Notes under the pieces: generated by a model | Seen by the model: only the letters and a program-made list of their open reading frames with translations | Told to the model about the DNA's origin: nothing | The model's database searches: none | Assembly: GCF_000237865.1 (NCBI RefSeq) | Contig: NC_017459.1 | Location: forward strand, 1,800,001 to 1,832,000 | Length of the DNA: 32,000 nt | Direction of reading: 5' to 3' | Source: Haloquadratum walsbyi C23 | Lineage (GTDB): Archaea > Halobacteriota > Halobacteria > Halobacteriales > Haloferacaceae | Position numbers and translations under genes: made by a program | Shown: piece after piece, positions 1-8,885 of the stretch | Layout of the letters: each line of letters starts with the position of its first letter | How positions within the stretch are numbered: the first letter of the stretch is position 1

Positions 1-266
1 GGACACATCATTTTCACAGGACTGTTTCATATCTTCAGACAATCATGACAGAGGTTAACCGCTGTCGGTCACCAGGCCTGATACATTCAGTGAGACCGGT
101 GTTTTTATTTTTGTTGGATCTCCCGATGTCGATCGTATTTGATAGCGGGGGTGATATATCATCAGTGCTATCAGTATACTTACCTGATGAAATAAATTCG
201 TGATTAGTTGTCTTGCCTGAGGGATTGAACAGAATACTTAGTAATATGTATATCGACAGGTCATAC

Positions 267-1352
267 ATGAATTGTACCGTTATTGGTGGAGGGATCCAAG
301 GTGTCTCTACTGGAATTATTCTTGAATATCTCGGTCATGAGACAACAATCGTGAGTGATGCATTCGCATATCTCGATGGACCGGACATCCCAACGGTTGC
401 AACAGATTATGCAGCCGCATCAATTTATCCAGTCCAAATTGCCTCAGAGTATACCGAAGATGAACTCATCAGACGATCAGAATCAACGTTCAAGCCATTT
501 TATGATACTGAAGGGGTTCCCGTGCGAAAACATAGACATTTCTATATTTATGAGGACTCACATGATGAGTCATTACCAGATCGAATGGGGGTGCAACCGA
601 TTGAAGAATATAATAAATATACGCCATCGCGGACAGGCTGCGATATTCGCGGAGGCTACACGTGCGAGGAGTACTTTGTCGAAATGCCAGAGTATATTCC
701 GCAGTTATTCAAAACATATAATCGACTTGGCGGTACATTGACTCAACGAACGCTCACGGCGGCTGATATACCTGATCTTCGTGGCACGGTTTTTAATTGC
801 TCAGGATATGGAAGTATGGAGCTTTTCGATGATACATCAATGCGAGCGATTAGAGGTCATATTCTCACATTGCCATATGATGGTGAATTCCCGCTTCCAT
901 TCTCATATACTTATACACCTACTACTGATGAATATGGTCATTATGCATACATGTATCCACGTGAAGACACAGTTCTCTTCGGTGGATCCTATCTAAAGGG
1001 AGATATAATCAACGGGGAATGGGACGGTGAAACACCTAAAAAGCCGATGACCATTGATGGAGAGACGATTCCTGAGCGGATATATACAGTCAATGCGGAT
1101 ATAATGAGTGATCACGATTCTGTGTCACTTGATAAATCCAATGTAAGTGCAAAACAGGGATATCGTCCATACCGGTCTAATGGAATGCGTGTCGAACAGG
1201 ATGCGGATGGAATAATCCACAATTATGGTCACGGTGGGAGCGGCGTATCAATGTCATGGTGGTCAGCAATCAAAGCGGTCAATTATATGACCGATGTCGA
1301 TACCTCTGTGTTATCTTCAATCGCGACTGCAGTCGGACAAACAGCCGAGTGA
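267..1352 (+). CDS. FAD-dependent oxidoreductase, D-amino-acid oxidase (DAO) family
   Basis: The track ORF 213..1352 begins at a TTG. The ATG at 267 places the Rossmann motif MNCTVIGGGIQGVSTG (GxGxxG) at the N-terminus. The C-terminal HNYGHGGSGVSMSWWSA matches the DAO-family HxYGHGGxG signature. Confidence 0.8.
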   Translation: MNCTVIGGGIQGVSTGIILEYLGHETTIVSDAFAYLDGPDIPTVATDYAAASIYPVQIASEYTEDELIRRSESTFKPFYDTEGVPVRKHRHFYIYEDSHDESLPDRMGVQPIEEYNKYTPSRTGCDIRGGYTCEEYFVEMPEYIPQLFKTYNRLGGTLTQRTLTAADIPDLRGTVFNCSGYGSMELFDDTSMRAIRGHILTLPYDGEFPLPFSYTYTPTTDEYGHYAYMYPREDTVLFGGSYLKGDIINGEWDGETPKKPMTIDGETIPERIYTVNADIMSDHDSVSLDKSNVSAKQGYRPYRSNGMRVEQDADGIIHNYGHGGSGVSMSWWSAIKAVNYMTDVDTSVLSSIATAVGQTAE

Positions 1353-1438
1353 CGGTGTCGATGAGCCACTTCGGAAAGCATTCTTAGAGGAGAAAGCACT
1401 TGAATGCCGTTACCAGACACAGAGACACACACGTAATT

Positions 1439-2464
1439 ATGGAAACCGAGACAGAGACTGAATCGAAAATAGAAGCAAAAGCAGATAATCATCTTGACAC
1501 TGACGCTGGCATTGATCTTGATATCTCAAAATCTCTTACTCTCCGTAATCAGACAATCGTTGTGACAGGCGGGGCTGGTCTTGTTGGATCACATCTTGCT
1601 GAGCGTCTGAGTAAAGCAAATGACGTAATTATTGCAGATGACCTCTCAAAGGGGACTCGCGATCAGATTCCCGATAATACAGCATTTGTCGAAGCCGACA
1701 TGACGGATTCAAATGAGGTTGAGTCGGTGATTACATCAGATGTTGATATTGTGTTTCATCTCGCTGCATATACAGACACAAACTTTGCAGAACCACGACA
1801 GTTGTTTGAGGAAAATAGTGATATGACATATAATATTCTTGAACAAGCCGCAGCAGTCGGCGTCGATGGTGTTGCGTTCACCTCCTCATCAACTGTTTAT
1901 GGAGAAGCCCCGCGACCAACTCCCGAAGATTATGCTCCACTTGAACCAATTAGTGTGTATGGAGCGTCGAAACTCGCTGATGAGGGACTCTTATCTACAT
2001 ATGCACATACAAAGTCATTGACCGTGTGGTGTTTTCGATTTGCGAATATCGTTGGACCAAGACAGCGCGGAAACGTAATTCCTGACTTTATCCAGAAGCT
2101 TCTCGCGGAGCCTGAAACGCTCACAATACTTGGTGATGGTCGTCAAGAGAAGTCCTATCTATATGTGACAGAGTGTGTCGATGCAATATGTCATATCGTT
2201 GAATATACCGATGAGCCAATGAACATCTATAATATTGGGACAGAGACGACAACGTCAGTCACAAAAATCGCTGATATTGTCTCAGACGTCATGGATCTTG
2301 ACCCAACATACAACTACACAGGTGGTGACCGTGGATGGGATGGCGACGTTCCACGAATGCGTCTTTCGGTTGAAAAGCTACGGAAAATTGGCTGGAATGC
2401 CGACACTGAGAGTGACGCCGCTGTCCGACATGCCGCCAAGGAACTATATAAGGAATTGAACTAA
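1439..2464 (+). CDS. NAD-dependent sugar-nucleotide epimerase/dehydratase (extended SDR)
   Basis: The track ORF 1400..2464 begins at a TTG, and the first ATG is at 1439. VVTGGAGLVGSHL is a GxxGxxG NAD-binding site and YGASK is the YxxxK catalytic motif. The N-terminal tail is acidic. Confidence 0.85.
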   Translation: METETETESKIEAKADNHLDTDAGIDLDISKSLTLRNQTIVVTGGAGLVGSHLAERLSKANDVIIADDLSKGTRDQIPDNTAFVEADMTDSNEVESVITSDVDIVFHLAAYTDTNFAEPRQLFEENSDMTYNILEQAAAVGVDGVAFTSSSTVYGEAPRPTPEDYAPLEPISVYGASKLADEGLLSTYAHTKSLTVWCFRFANIVGPRQRGNVIPDFIQKLLAEPETLTILGDGRQEKSYLYVTECVDAICHIVEYTDEPMNIYNIGTETTTSVTKIADIVSDVMDLDPTYNYTGGDRGWDGDVPRMRLSVEKLRKIGWNADTESDAAVRHAAKELYKELN

Positions 2465-2627
2465 TTAAATATCATTTTGATTTGGTCATCGTTAATTGAA
2501 ATAATTGTGCTGGTGATTGGATTCTGGCTCATTCATAAATAGATCTGTTGTTAGGGTGTTAGAGAAGAGTTGCCACGGTGTTTATTCCACGATCTCACAG
2601 TCGAGTCAACCGTGAGAGTCTGCGTGG

Positions 2628-2792
2628 TTATTGTTTCCCGCTTTTATCCTCAATGCCGATGAATCCAGAGGGAGGATTTTCGTCCTCGAAATACGATCGA
2701 AGGGCGAGTTTCGTCCCGAGATAGGATGCTCCAACGAGGACGGCGAAGACGATTGGAAGCCAGAAGAGAACGAAAGCAAGTTGATTAACCAT
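2628..2792 (-). CDS. small membrane protein (54 aa), not in the ORF track
   Basis: ATG (reverse complement of cat at 2790-2792) to TAA (2628-2630). It encodes MVNQLAFVLFWLPIVFAVLVGASYLGTKLALRSYFEDENPPSGFIGIEDKSGKQ, which is one clear TM helix plus an acidic tail. It competes with two less protein-like track ORFs at the same locus. Confidence 0.35.
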   Translation of the reverse strand: MVNQLAFVLFWLPIVFAVLVGASYLGTKLALRSYFEDENPPSGFIGIEDKSGKQ

Positions 2793-2993
2793 AGCAAGTG
2801 CTCACGTCTGTTTCTGATATCTCTTTTGAATAGGTGCAATTGAGGCCTACGTTGACTGCACTCAGCGATTCCAGCTCGGGTGTGTGAAGTCTTCTCTAAC
2901 ACCCTCCTATTGTACTTGTCTATCTGATTTTGATGATATGAATTATTACATAGAGAGCGGTATCGCTTTCAATACTCATATCATACACTAGAT

Positions 2994-3923
2994 GTGCAAA
3001 TCGTCGGGTATGATACGAGCGCGCCGGGAATGTATCTGAGCCATGTTGAACCACAAGCGGATGGACTAAATTCATTAAACGAGGTTGAGTTTATCTCGCT
3101 CGCTCCCGGGACCGAACTTGCATATACGCTCGGACAACGCCACTGTGCGGGTGTAATAACCGACGAAGGTCATTATTCTTGTAGAAATACGTCAGCACCG
3201 CACTGTCGGGAACACAACTCAACGTGGGTCTGTGCAAAATGTACTGGAACGTGTCTCAAGGACGAGATGGACTGCTATGAGCCACATGCAATTTATCTTG
3301 CTGTTTTCGCTCCAGATATACACAAAGTAGGAGTAACAAAACAATGGCGGCTCACTCAGCGTCTCGTTGAGCAGGGCGCGGATTATGGAATTCATCTCCA
3401 GACAGTTTCTAACGGTCGCATTGCCCGTGAGCGTGAGGCAGAAATCGCAACAACTGCGTCAATTACTGATCGGATTCGCGCGGTAACAAAGCATACAAGC
3501 TTGTATCAAGATGTCGATGAATCTGCAGTAGCCACTCAATTAGCCGATGTCAAGGCTGAGTCAGCCATTGAATTAGACATCGGGTCCCAGGCTGGGATAA
3601 ACACATATATCGAAAGTCTTCCAGAAGTTGATTTGTCTGTCTCTGAGTTGATGACAGAGGCAGTTGCAGATAATAGAGATGAAATAAAAGAAAATCCTGA
3701 CCCACCTGCAATCTATCGACTGGGATATGATCTTAAACTTAGTGACCGTCCTGTCTCTGAAACAATTGCCACTGGAACAGTCCGTGGAATAAAGGGGCGA
3801 TTGATAATACTCGATTATGCTGGGAGCACATACACAGTTGATATGCGTGACCTTGTTGGTCATATAATAAACTCAGGAACGACTACACGAAATCTCCAAG
3901 CAAGCCTTGATGCATGGAAATGA
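2994..3923 (+). CDS. conserved hypothetical protein with N-terminal Cys/His cluster (possibly DUF2797-like)
   Basis: A 309 aa ORF with a GTG start. It carries the Cys cluster HCAGV..SCRNTSAPHCREHNSTWVCAKCTGTCLKDEMDC, followed by HKVGVTKQWRLTQRLVEQGA. Composition is acidic. The family assignment is from memory only. Confidence 0.6.
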   Translation: MQIVGYDTSAPGMYLSHVEPQADGLNSLNEVEFISLAPGTELAYTLGQRHCAGVITDEGHYSCRNTSAPHCREHNSTWVCAKCTGTCLKDEMDCYEPHAIYLAVFAPDIHKVGVTKQWRLTQRLVEQGADYGIHLQTVSNGRIAREREAEIATTASITDRIRAVTKHTSLYQDVDESAVATQLADVKAESAIELDIGSQAGINTYIESLPEVDLSVSELMTEAVADNRDEIKENPDPPAIYRLGYDLKLSDRPVSETIATGTVRGIKGRLIILDYAGSTYTVDMRDLVGHIINSGTTTRNLQASLDAWK

Positions 3924-4133
3924 TGCTTATAACATTTCATCGCTGGACTACCCGCCCTATCGTGCACTCACTCCAGTCACTGCGTTGCTGTTTGAGGATG
4001 GAGATTTGACCCGTAGATACTAAATCAAGTGGAGCGATAATATCTGATTAGTGATACAAAATAATAGGTGTAGTATTCAACATGACACTTGGAATATCAA
4101 CAACCATTTCCAATCTGGGGGAGAACTGATGGT

Positions 4134-4637
4134 ATGGCTGATGATTCAGAGGAGTCCGTCGACACAGACCCTGAGACTAACCACGAAACTGAATCAGGAG
4201 ATGATACCGCGGACAATGCAAGTGCTGACACTGCGGACGCTGATGAGGATGAAAAATCATTCCGTGAGCGAGTCGAAGAAATTCGCCAGCGGCGTGCTGA
4301 AGAGCGCGAATCGGGTGAGCGACCGGAGCCTGATGAGATGATGGGTGGTGGCGGCGGTGGTCCAGGCGGCGCCCCAGGCGGGATGGGTGGCATGGGTGGC
4401 GGCGGTGGCGGCGGTGGCGGCGGTGGTAATCCATTTGCACAGATGATGAGCGGAATGATGGGCGGCGGTGGACCAGGAGCAGGAGCAGGTGCTGGTGGAC
4501 CAGGTATGGGTGATGGCGACGATAGTGATAATGAGGAAGTTGTTCGTGAAATACGACAACTTCGTGATGAAGTCCGAGATGCAACCCGGCAGCTGCAACG
4601 AATTGCCCAGGCTGTTGAGGATCTTACCGATAATTAA
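4134..4637 (+). CDS. acidic protein with poly-Gly/Met low-complexity core and C-terminal coiled coil
   Basis: The ATG at 4134 (MADDSEES...) lies inside track ORF 4089..4637. There is an 11-Gly run and GGM-type repeats. The C-terminal EVVREIRQLRDEVRDATRQLQRIAQAVEDL is heptad-like. Confidence 0.65.
   Translation: MADDSEESVDTDPETNHETESGDDTADNASADTADADEDEKSFRERVEEIRQRRAEERESGERPEPDEMMGGGGGGPGGAPGGMGGMGGGGGGGGGGGNPFAQMMSGMMGGGGPGAGAGAGGPGMGDGDDSDNEEVVREIRQLRDEVRDATRQLQRIAQAVEDLTDN
4395..4427 (+). repeat. (GGTGGCGGC)x3 + GGTGGT coding microsatellite (poly-Gly)
   Basis: A direct read of ggtggcggc ggtggcggc ggtggcggc ggtggt, which encodes G88-G98 of the 4134..4637 protein. Confidence 0.9.
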
Positions 4638-4682
4638 AAAATCTGTGATAAGAACTACTGGTGCTGTTGTATTCATCTGCAG

Positions 4683-4753
4683 ATGTGAACTACCCTACTC
4701 TCCTTGCTGTCGGTGATGACTCTGTGAAGCGAGGCTTGCTGTCTCTACGGTGC
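4683..4753 (-). repeat. GC-rich ~70 nt module, copy A (IS200/IS605-type right-end-like remnant?)
   Basis: It shares the 13-mer atgtgaactaccc, the tactc block and a gappy downstream similarity with 24050..24119. Read on the minus strand it ends ...gggtagttcac. Confidence 0.35.
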
Positions 4754-4938
4754 ATTTTGTAGCAGTAACCGTAGTTCCCACAGATATCGAAGTCTGTATC
4801 GCTGTTCCACTGGGTTCGGAATGACCCATTTCGTAAAAAGCTACAAGAAAAGTTTGTATTCTAGCACCGACCTGAATGGCTCTTATGTGTGACAAATTAT
4901 ATAATGAGCTGCTGAAGATAACAAACACAGAGAATCGT

Positions 4939-5925
4939 TCAGTATGTATAATGTGGGTCAGCATACGCAAGTGTATCAAGGAGAATCGTTTGGAATCGGT
5001 CAGTGTCTATCGATTTAATCACACGCGCATTTGATGGATAACTCAACACATCAAGTTCATCAGCGAGCGTATATCCACGAGTTGGACCGCTCCGGGAATC
5101 GACAGTAATGTGACATTGTGTTGCAGTCTCAATTATATCTGGATTAAGTACTGTTGCCATTGTGACCGAGTCTGGATGGGTCGCAGTATCATCATCGTGA
5201 TCAGTTGCATTGTTCTTTGATTCTTGATTAAACTGGCGCACTGGCTGTATAATAGTCGAATAAAACGAAGCTAATTCGGTATCCATCTGCGCTACCTGCT
5301 CGAAGGTATCTGGACCAAGCTTTGCATCCCTCACCGTCACTCCCCAGTCGATAAGTGTGATTTCGAACGCGTCGATAACCATTGCTGCTGCATCAGGGTC
5401 AACCCAGAAATTATATTCTGCTGCGGGAGTGACGTTACCAATCGTATTAACAGCACCACCCATGCACACAACCTGATCAAGTAACTCAGGCAGTTTTGGT
5501 TCAAGTTGTAGTGCAAGCGCAAGATTCGTCAGTGGTGCAATAGCGACGACTGTTATCTCACCAGGATTCTGTCGAGCTGCTTGGATAATATATTTGACCG
5601 CGTGGATATCTCCAGATGGAATATTTGTCTGTGGAAAAAGCGATCCACCTAATCCTCCCTCACCGTGCACATGTTCGGCGTGATCGTGGCTTTTCTGCAA
5701 CGGACTTTGCGCACCCTCATAAACGGTTACGTTATTACCGACACCCGCCGCTTGAAGTGTATATTTTGCATTTTCAACCTGCCGGTTAAATGTGACATTT
5801 CCAGCACAAATCGTCACAGCTTCAAGCTCAATCTGATCAGAGAGTGCAGCGAGGACTAAGGCCTGTGTATCGTCACCGGCGGTATCCGTATCAACAATCA
5901 CTCGAGTCCGGTCAGTATCATCCAT
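4939..5925 (-). CDS. inosine/uridine-preferring nucleoside hydrolase family protein
   Basis: The N-terminal VIVDTDTAGDDTQAL matches the DxDxxxDD IUNH signature. The track ORF runs to a TTG at 5952, and the first ATG is at 5925. Confidence 0.85.
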   Translation of the reverse strand: MDDTDRTRVIVDTDTAGDDTQALVLAALSDQIELEAVTICAGNVTFNRQVENAKYTLQAAGVGNNVTVYEGAQSPLQKSHDHAEHVHGEGGLGGSLFPQTNIPSGDIHAVKYIIQAARQNPGEITVVAIAPLTNLALALQLEPKLPELLDQVVCMGGAVNTIGNVTPAAEYNFWVDPDAAAMVIDAFEITLIDWGVTVRDAKLGPDTFEQVAQMDTELASFYSTIIQPVRQFNQESKNNATDHDDDTATHPDSVTMATVLNPDIIETATQCHITVDSRSGPTRGYTLADELDVLSYPSNARVIKSIDTDRFQTILLDTLAYADPHYTY

Positions 5926-6081
5926 CAGCAGATATGGTGTCTCAAAAGACAAACCGCTATTGGTTAATACAGCGCCTCAGCGTCCAGCTCTTCGACGATA
6001 ATGTATAACGAAACAAACTCTCTAGGTTTCCATCTATCATATCTGTTTCGAGCAAAATTAGATCAGAGTAATGATATTGTA

Positions 6082-7374
6082 TCATTTAGAAATCTGTTGA
6101 TATAGTGATAATAAATCATCAACAACGCGGGTGACACTCAATTTTGAGCGGTAATCTAAACATCCATGCATAAATCGGTTATAATCTGTAAGTATTTCAA
6201 TAACTCTTGCTCCACATGCTGCTGGATTATCAGGCTGGTAATGTCGTCCAGTGATTCCATCTTCAATTGTTGATGAGAGCGCACCGGCATTGACCCCCAC
6301 AACAGGAGTTCCGCATGCAATTGCCTCCAGAGCAACAAGTCCCTGCGTTTCGACCGGACTCGGAAACATAAATACATCAAGCATGGAGTAAAATACCGGA
6401 AGTTCTTCACGTGCGAGGAATCCAAGAAAATGGACGTTTAATCCAAGCTTATCAGCCAATAGCTCAAGTTCCTCTCGTGCTGGACCGTCACCACCGAGCA
6501 CAACCGTCGGCTCTTGATTGAGCGAATCGACATTGAGATCATCAATTAGAGTTTGTTGAGGTATATTATCTCCAGCCGAATCACCGCTGATACTGAATTG
6601 ATTGATATTTTTGATCTGTGTATTATCTTCAATCGATGCTGTGGCTCGTGGCTCGGCTTCTGCAGTGTCAATGTTCTGTTTAATCCATTCAGCCGCATAC
6701 AGAAGCTCTGAAAGGTTCTTTTCATATCCATGACGTCCAGTATATCCAATAAGTGGACCAGTGGGGAGGTCATATCGGTCTCGGAATGAAATAGTGGTTG
6801 ATTCATCTGCCGGGGAAAAAAAGTCAGTATCAACCCCATTAGAAATCACCGCTAACTCTGCGTCGGGATCGATTGATGATTTGAGTCGACTCTGAGCATC
6901 ATGTGTTGGACAGATGACTGCGTCTGCACGTGAGAGGAACCATTGTTCGTATCCATCAGCTATTGCACTGACGATTCGCTCAACATGCGGTTGAGAGGTG
7001 AGATAATCAGCGTATTCACTTGTTGGAGTGTGATATGAAGCAATAAGCGGAACGTCCGCGCGACGAGCCAACCGGACTCCACTTAGACCAACTGCAAATG
7101 GTGTATGCGTATGAACAATGTCGATATCAGCTACATCAAGTTCATCAGGAAGTAATGGGAGTCCGAGTCGAAATCCATCGTATAGTGGAAACGGGAGACT
7201 GTGGATGCCAAACTCACCTGTTGTTGACTCATATTGGTCTGCAGTTGGGTAGACAATCTGCATTGTTCCACCGCGATCATGCCACTGATCTCGCCACGTT
7301 TGAATGGTATATGAAACACCATTGACTGTTGGTAAGTATGTATCAGTAAACGCAACAACGGTGGGGATGCTCAT
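6082..7374 (-). CDS. glycosyltransferase, GT-B fold (GT4-like), with acidic interdomain insert
   Basis: The N-terminus FTDTYLPTVNGVS and the HTHTPF motif are GT4-like. The C-terminal domain has FPSPVETQGLVALEAIACGTPVV (an EX7E-type motif). A low-complexity insert of about 57 aa covers aa 233-289. Confidence 0.85.
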   Translation of the reverse strand: MSIPTVVAFTDTYLPTVNGVSYTIQTWRDQWHDRGGTMQIVYPTADQYESTTGEFGIHSLPFPLYDGFRLGLPLLPDELDVADIDIVHTHTPFAVGLSGVRLARRADVPLIASYHTPTSEYADYLTSQPHVERIVSAIADGYEQWFLSRADAVICPTHDAQSRLKSSIDPDAELAVISNGVDTDFFSPADESTTISFRDRYDLPTGPLIGYTGRHGYEKNLSELLYAAEWIKQNIDTAEAEPRATASIEDNTQIKNINQFSISGDSAGDNIPQQTLIDDLNVDSLNQEPTVVLGGDGPAREELELLADKLGLNVHFLGFLAREELPVFYSMLDVFMFPSPVETQGLVALEAIACGTPVVGVNAGALSSTIEDGITGRHYQPDNPAACGARVIEILTDYNRFMHGCLDYRSKLSVTRVVDDLLSLYQQISK

Positions 7375-7474
7375 CAGGTTTGATTTACAGAGTATCGGTT
7401 AATCGGTTATGGATTCGAGCTAACGGTATCAGAAGCCCAGTTATATTTAAGTTAGTATTAATCAAGTAATTATG

Positions 7475-8719
7475 TTATGTGATATCTGTGGATGTAATCT
7501 CATGACCAGCTTCAGTAGCTGTAATGACTGTTTTGTATGTTTCAGCGAGTTGATCACCGACGCCTTCGAGATCATGCTCATGAGCGGTTGCCTTTGCATT
7601 CTCACCAAGACGGGACCGTAAGGTCGGATCATTGACCAAGCAATTAATTGCATCACGGAATTCCGCTTGGGTTTCACACTTCAGACAATCCTCATTATGT
7701 GTGTAGAATTCCTCAAAGACAGGGATATCGCGAAGAACAACTGCTTTTCCACAGGCCATCGCCTCAAGGACCGCAATTCCTTGATTTTCATTTTTTGTCG
7801 GAAAGAAGTAGATATCCCCAGCAGCGTATGCACCACGGATATCATCAACCCATCCGGTGAAGGTGACATTTGATGGTGGATTGTTTGTCCATCGTTGGAC
7901 TGTTCTGGAGGCCTGAGGACCGGTATCATATGGTCCAAACCATGCAAAATCATATGATGTTTGTTCCGCTACTTGACAGAATGTGGTCAATCCTTTTCGC
8001 TCGAAAACATTTCCAACCCCGAATATGACAGGACCGGAAAGATCGTATTTCTGACGGTATTCTTCACGATATGACTCAAATCCGGATAATGCATTAATAT
8101 CAACACCGTTCGTTATCACCCGAATCGGTGTTTCGACGGGATATGCCTGAAGGACACTTCGGGTATATTCTGATGGACATAAGAGGAGATCTGCGTGTGA
8201 GTAAAACCACTTAAGATATCGTTCGACAACTGGTGCAATTGTCGTCGACCCGCGAAATGATTCCGCAAAATCCTCGCGTGTGATGTGTGCATGGAGGATT
8301 AGCGGAATCTCACTCCGAAGTGCATATTGAGCAGCAGCGAATGATCCTGGTCCAACAAGATTACAATGGACAATATCGATATCAGACTCACATCCACGTT
8401 CAGAGTCTGCAGTCGAATCGGAGCCATCAACAGCAGAAACGTGAGTATGCGGAGGACTGGAATTGGAATCTGTATCAGAATATTCCTTGTTTGATCTATA
8501 GCTGTCACCCGAGTCTTGATCAAGATCAACTGCGGCGGACCAAAGCGTATCTTTGATCCAGTTGCGTGGAGAGAGAGCATTTCGCAGTGATGTATAAATT
8601 TCAACATCCGCTACATCGGTTATATTAAGTGCTGCACGTTGGTGGTCAACCGCTGTCCCGATCCCACTGCGGTTAAGCCGGGATTCAAGTTCAAGATAAT
8701 TCAATACACGCAAGGTCAC
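7475..8719 (-). CDS. glycosyltransferase, GT-B fold (GT4-like), with acidic N-domain insert
   Basis: GTG start. The C-terminal FFPTKNENQGIAVLEAMACGKAVV is an EX7E-type motif. An acidic Ser/Asp insert of about 50 aa covers aa 63-112. Confidence 0.85.
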   Translation of the reverse strand: MTLRVLNYLELESRLNRSGIGTAVDHQRAALNITDVADVEIYTSLRNALSPRNWIKDTLWSAAVDLDQDSGDSYRSNKEYSDTDSNSSPPHTHVSAVDGSDSTADSERGCESDIDIVHCNLVGPGSFAAAQYALRSEIPLILHAHITREDFAESFRGSTTIAPVVERYLKWFYSHADLLLCPSEYTRSVLQAYPVETPIRVITNGVDINALSGFESYREEYRQKYDLSGPVIFGVGNVFERKGLTTFCQVAEQTSYDFAWFGPYDTGPQASRTVQRWTNNPPSNVTFTGWVDDIRGAYAAGDIYFFPTKNENQGIAVLEAMACGKAVVLRDIPVFEEFYTHNEDCLKCETQAEFRDAINCLVNDPTLRSRLGENAKATAHEHDLEGVGDQLAETYKTVITATEAGHEITSTDIT

Positions 8720-8885
8720 GTCAGCGCCGGATTTGACTGCAGCGTATTTATATGCCGTTATTCACTTCGAGTATGTTGGACTGACCTCGTTGGTTGAAAC
8801 TGAACTTATACCGATAAGACGGAATCACGAGTGCAAATATAAATATACTACGGAATGTCTTTTAATGTAGTGAATAGATCTAAGA

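Noticed and set aside
35-268. A 77 aa minus-strand ORF and a 52 aa plus-strand ORF (ATG at 45) at the window start.
   Set aside because: Neither has a recognisable motif, and the composition is atypical. The region is more likely the spacer or promoter upstream of the DAO-family gene. It cannot be resolved without conservation data.
4097-4676. Three long minus-strand ORFs (98, 135 and 139 aa) and a plus-strand ORF (4051..4341) overlap the Gly-rich gene.
   Set aside because: They are alternative frames of the GC-rich GGN/GCC repeat tract and give Pro/His/Ala/Thr-rich nonsense. The 4134..4637 frame has a sensible acidic N-terminus and a coiled-coil C-terminus.
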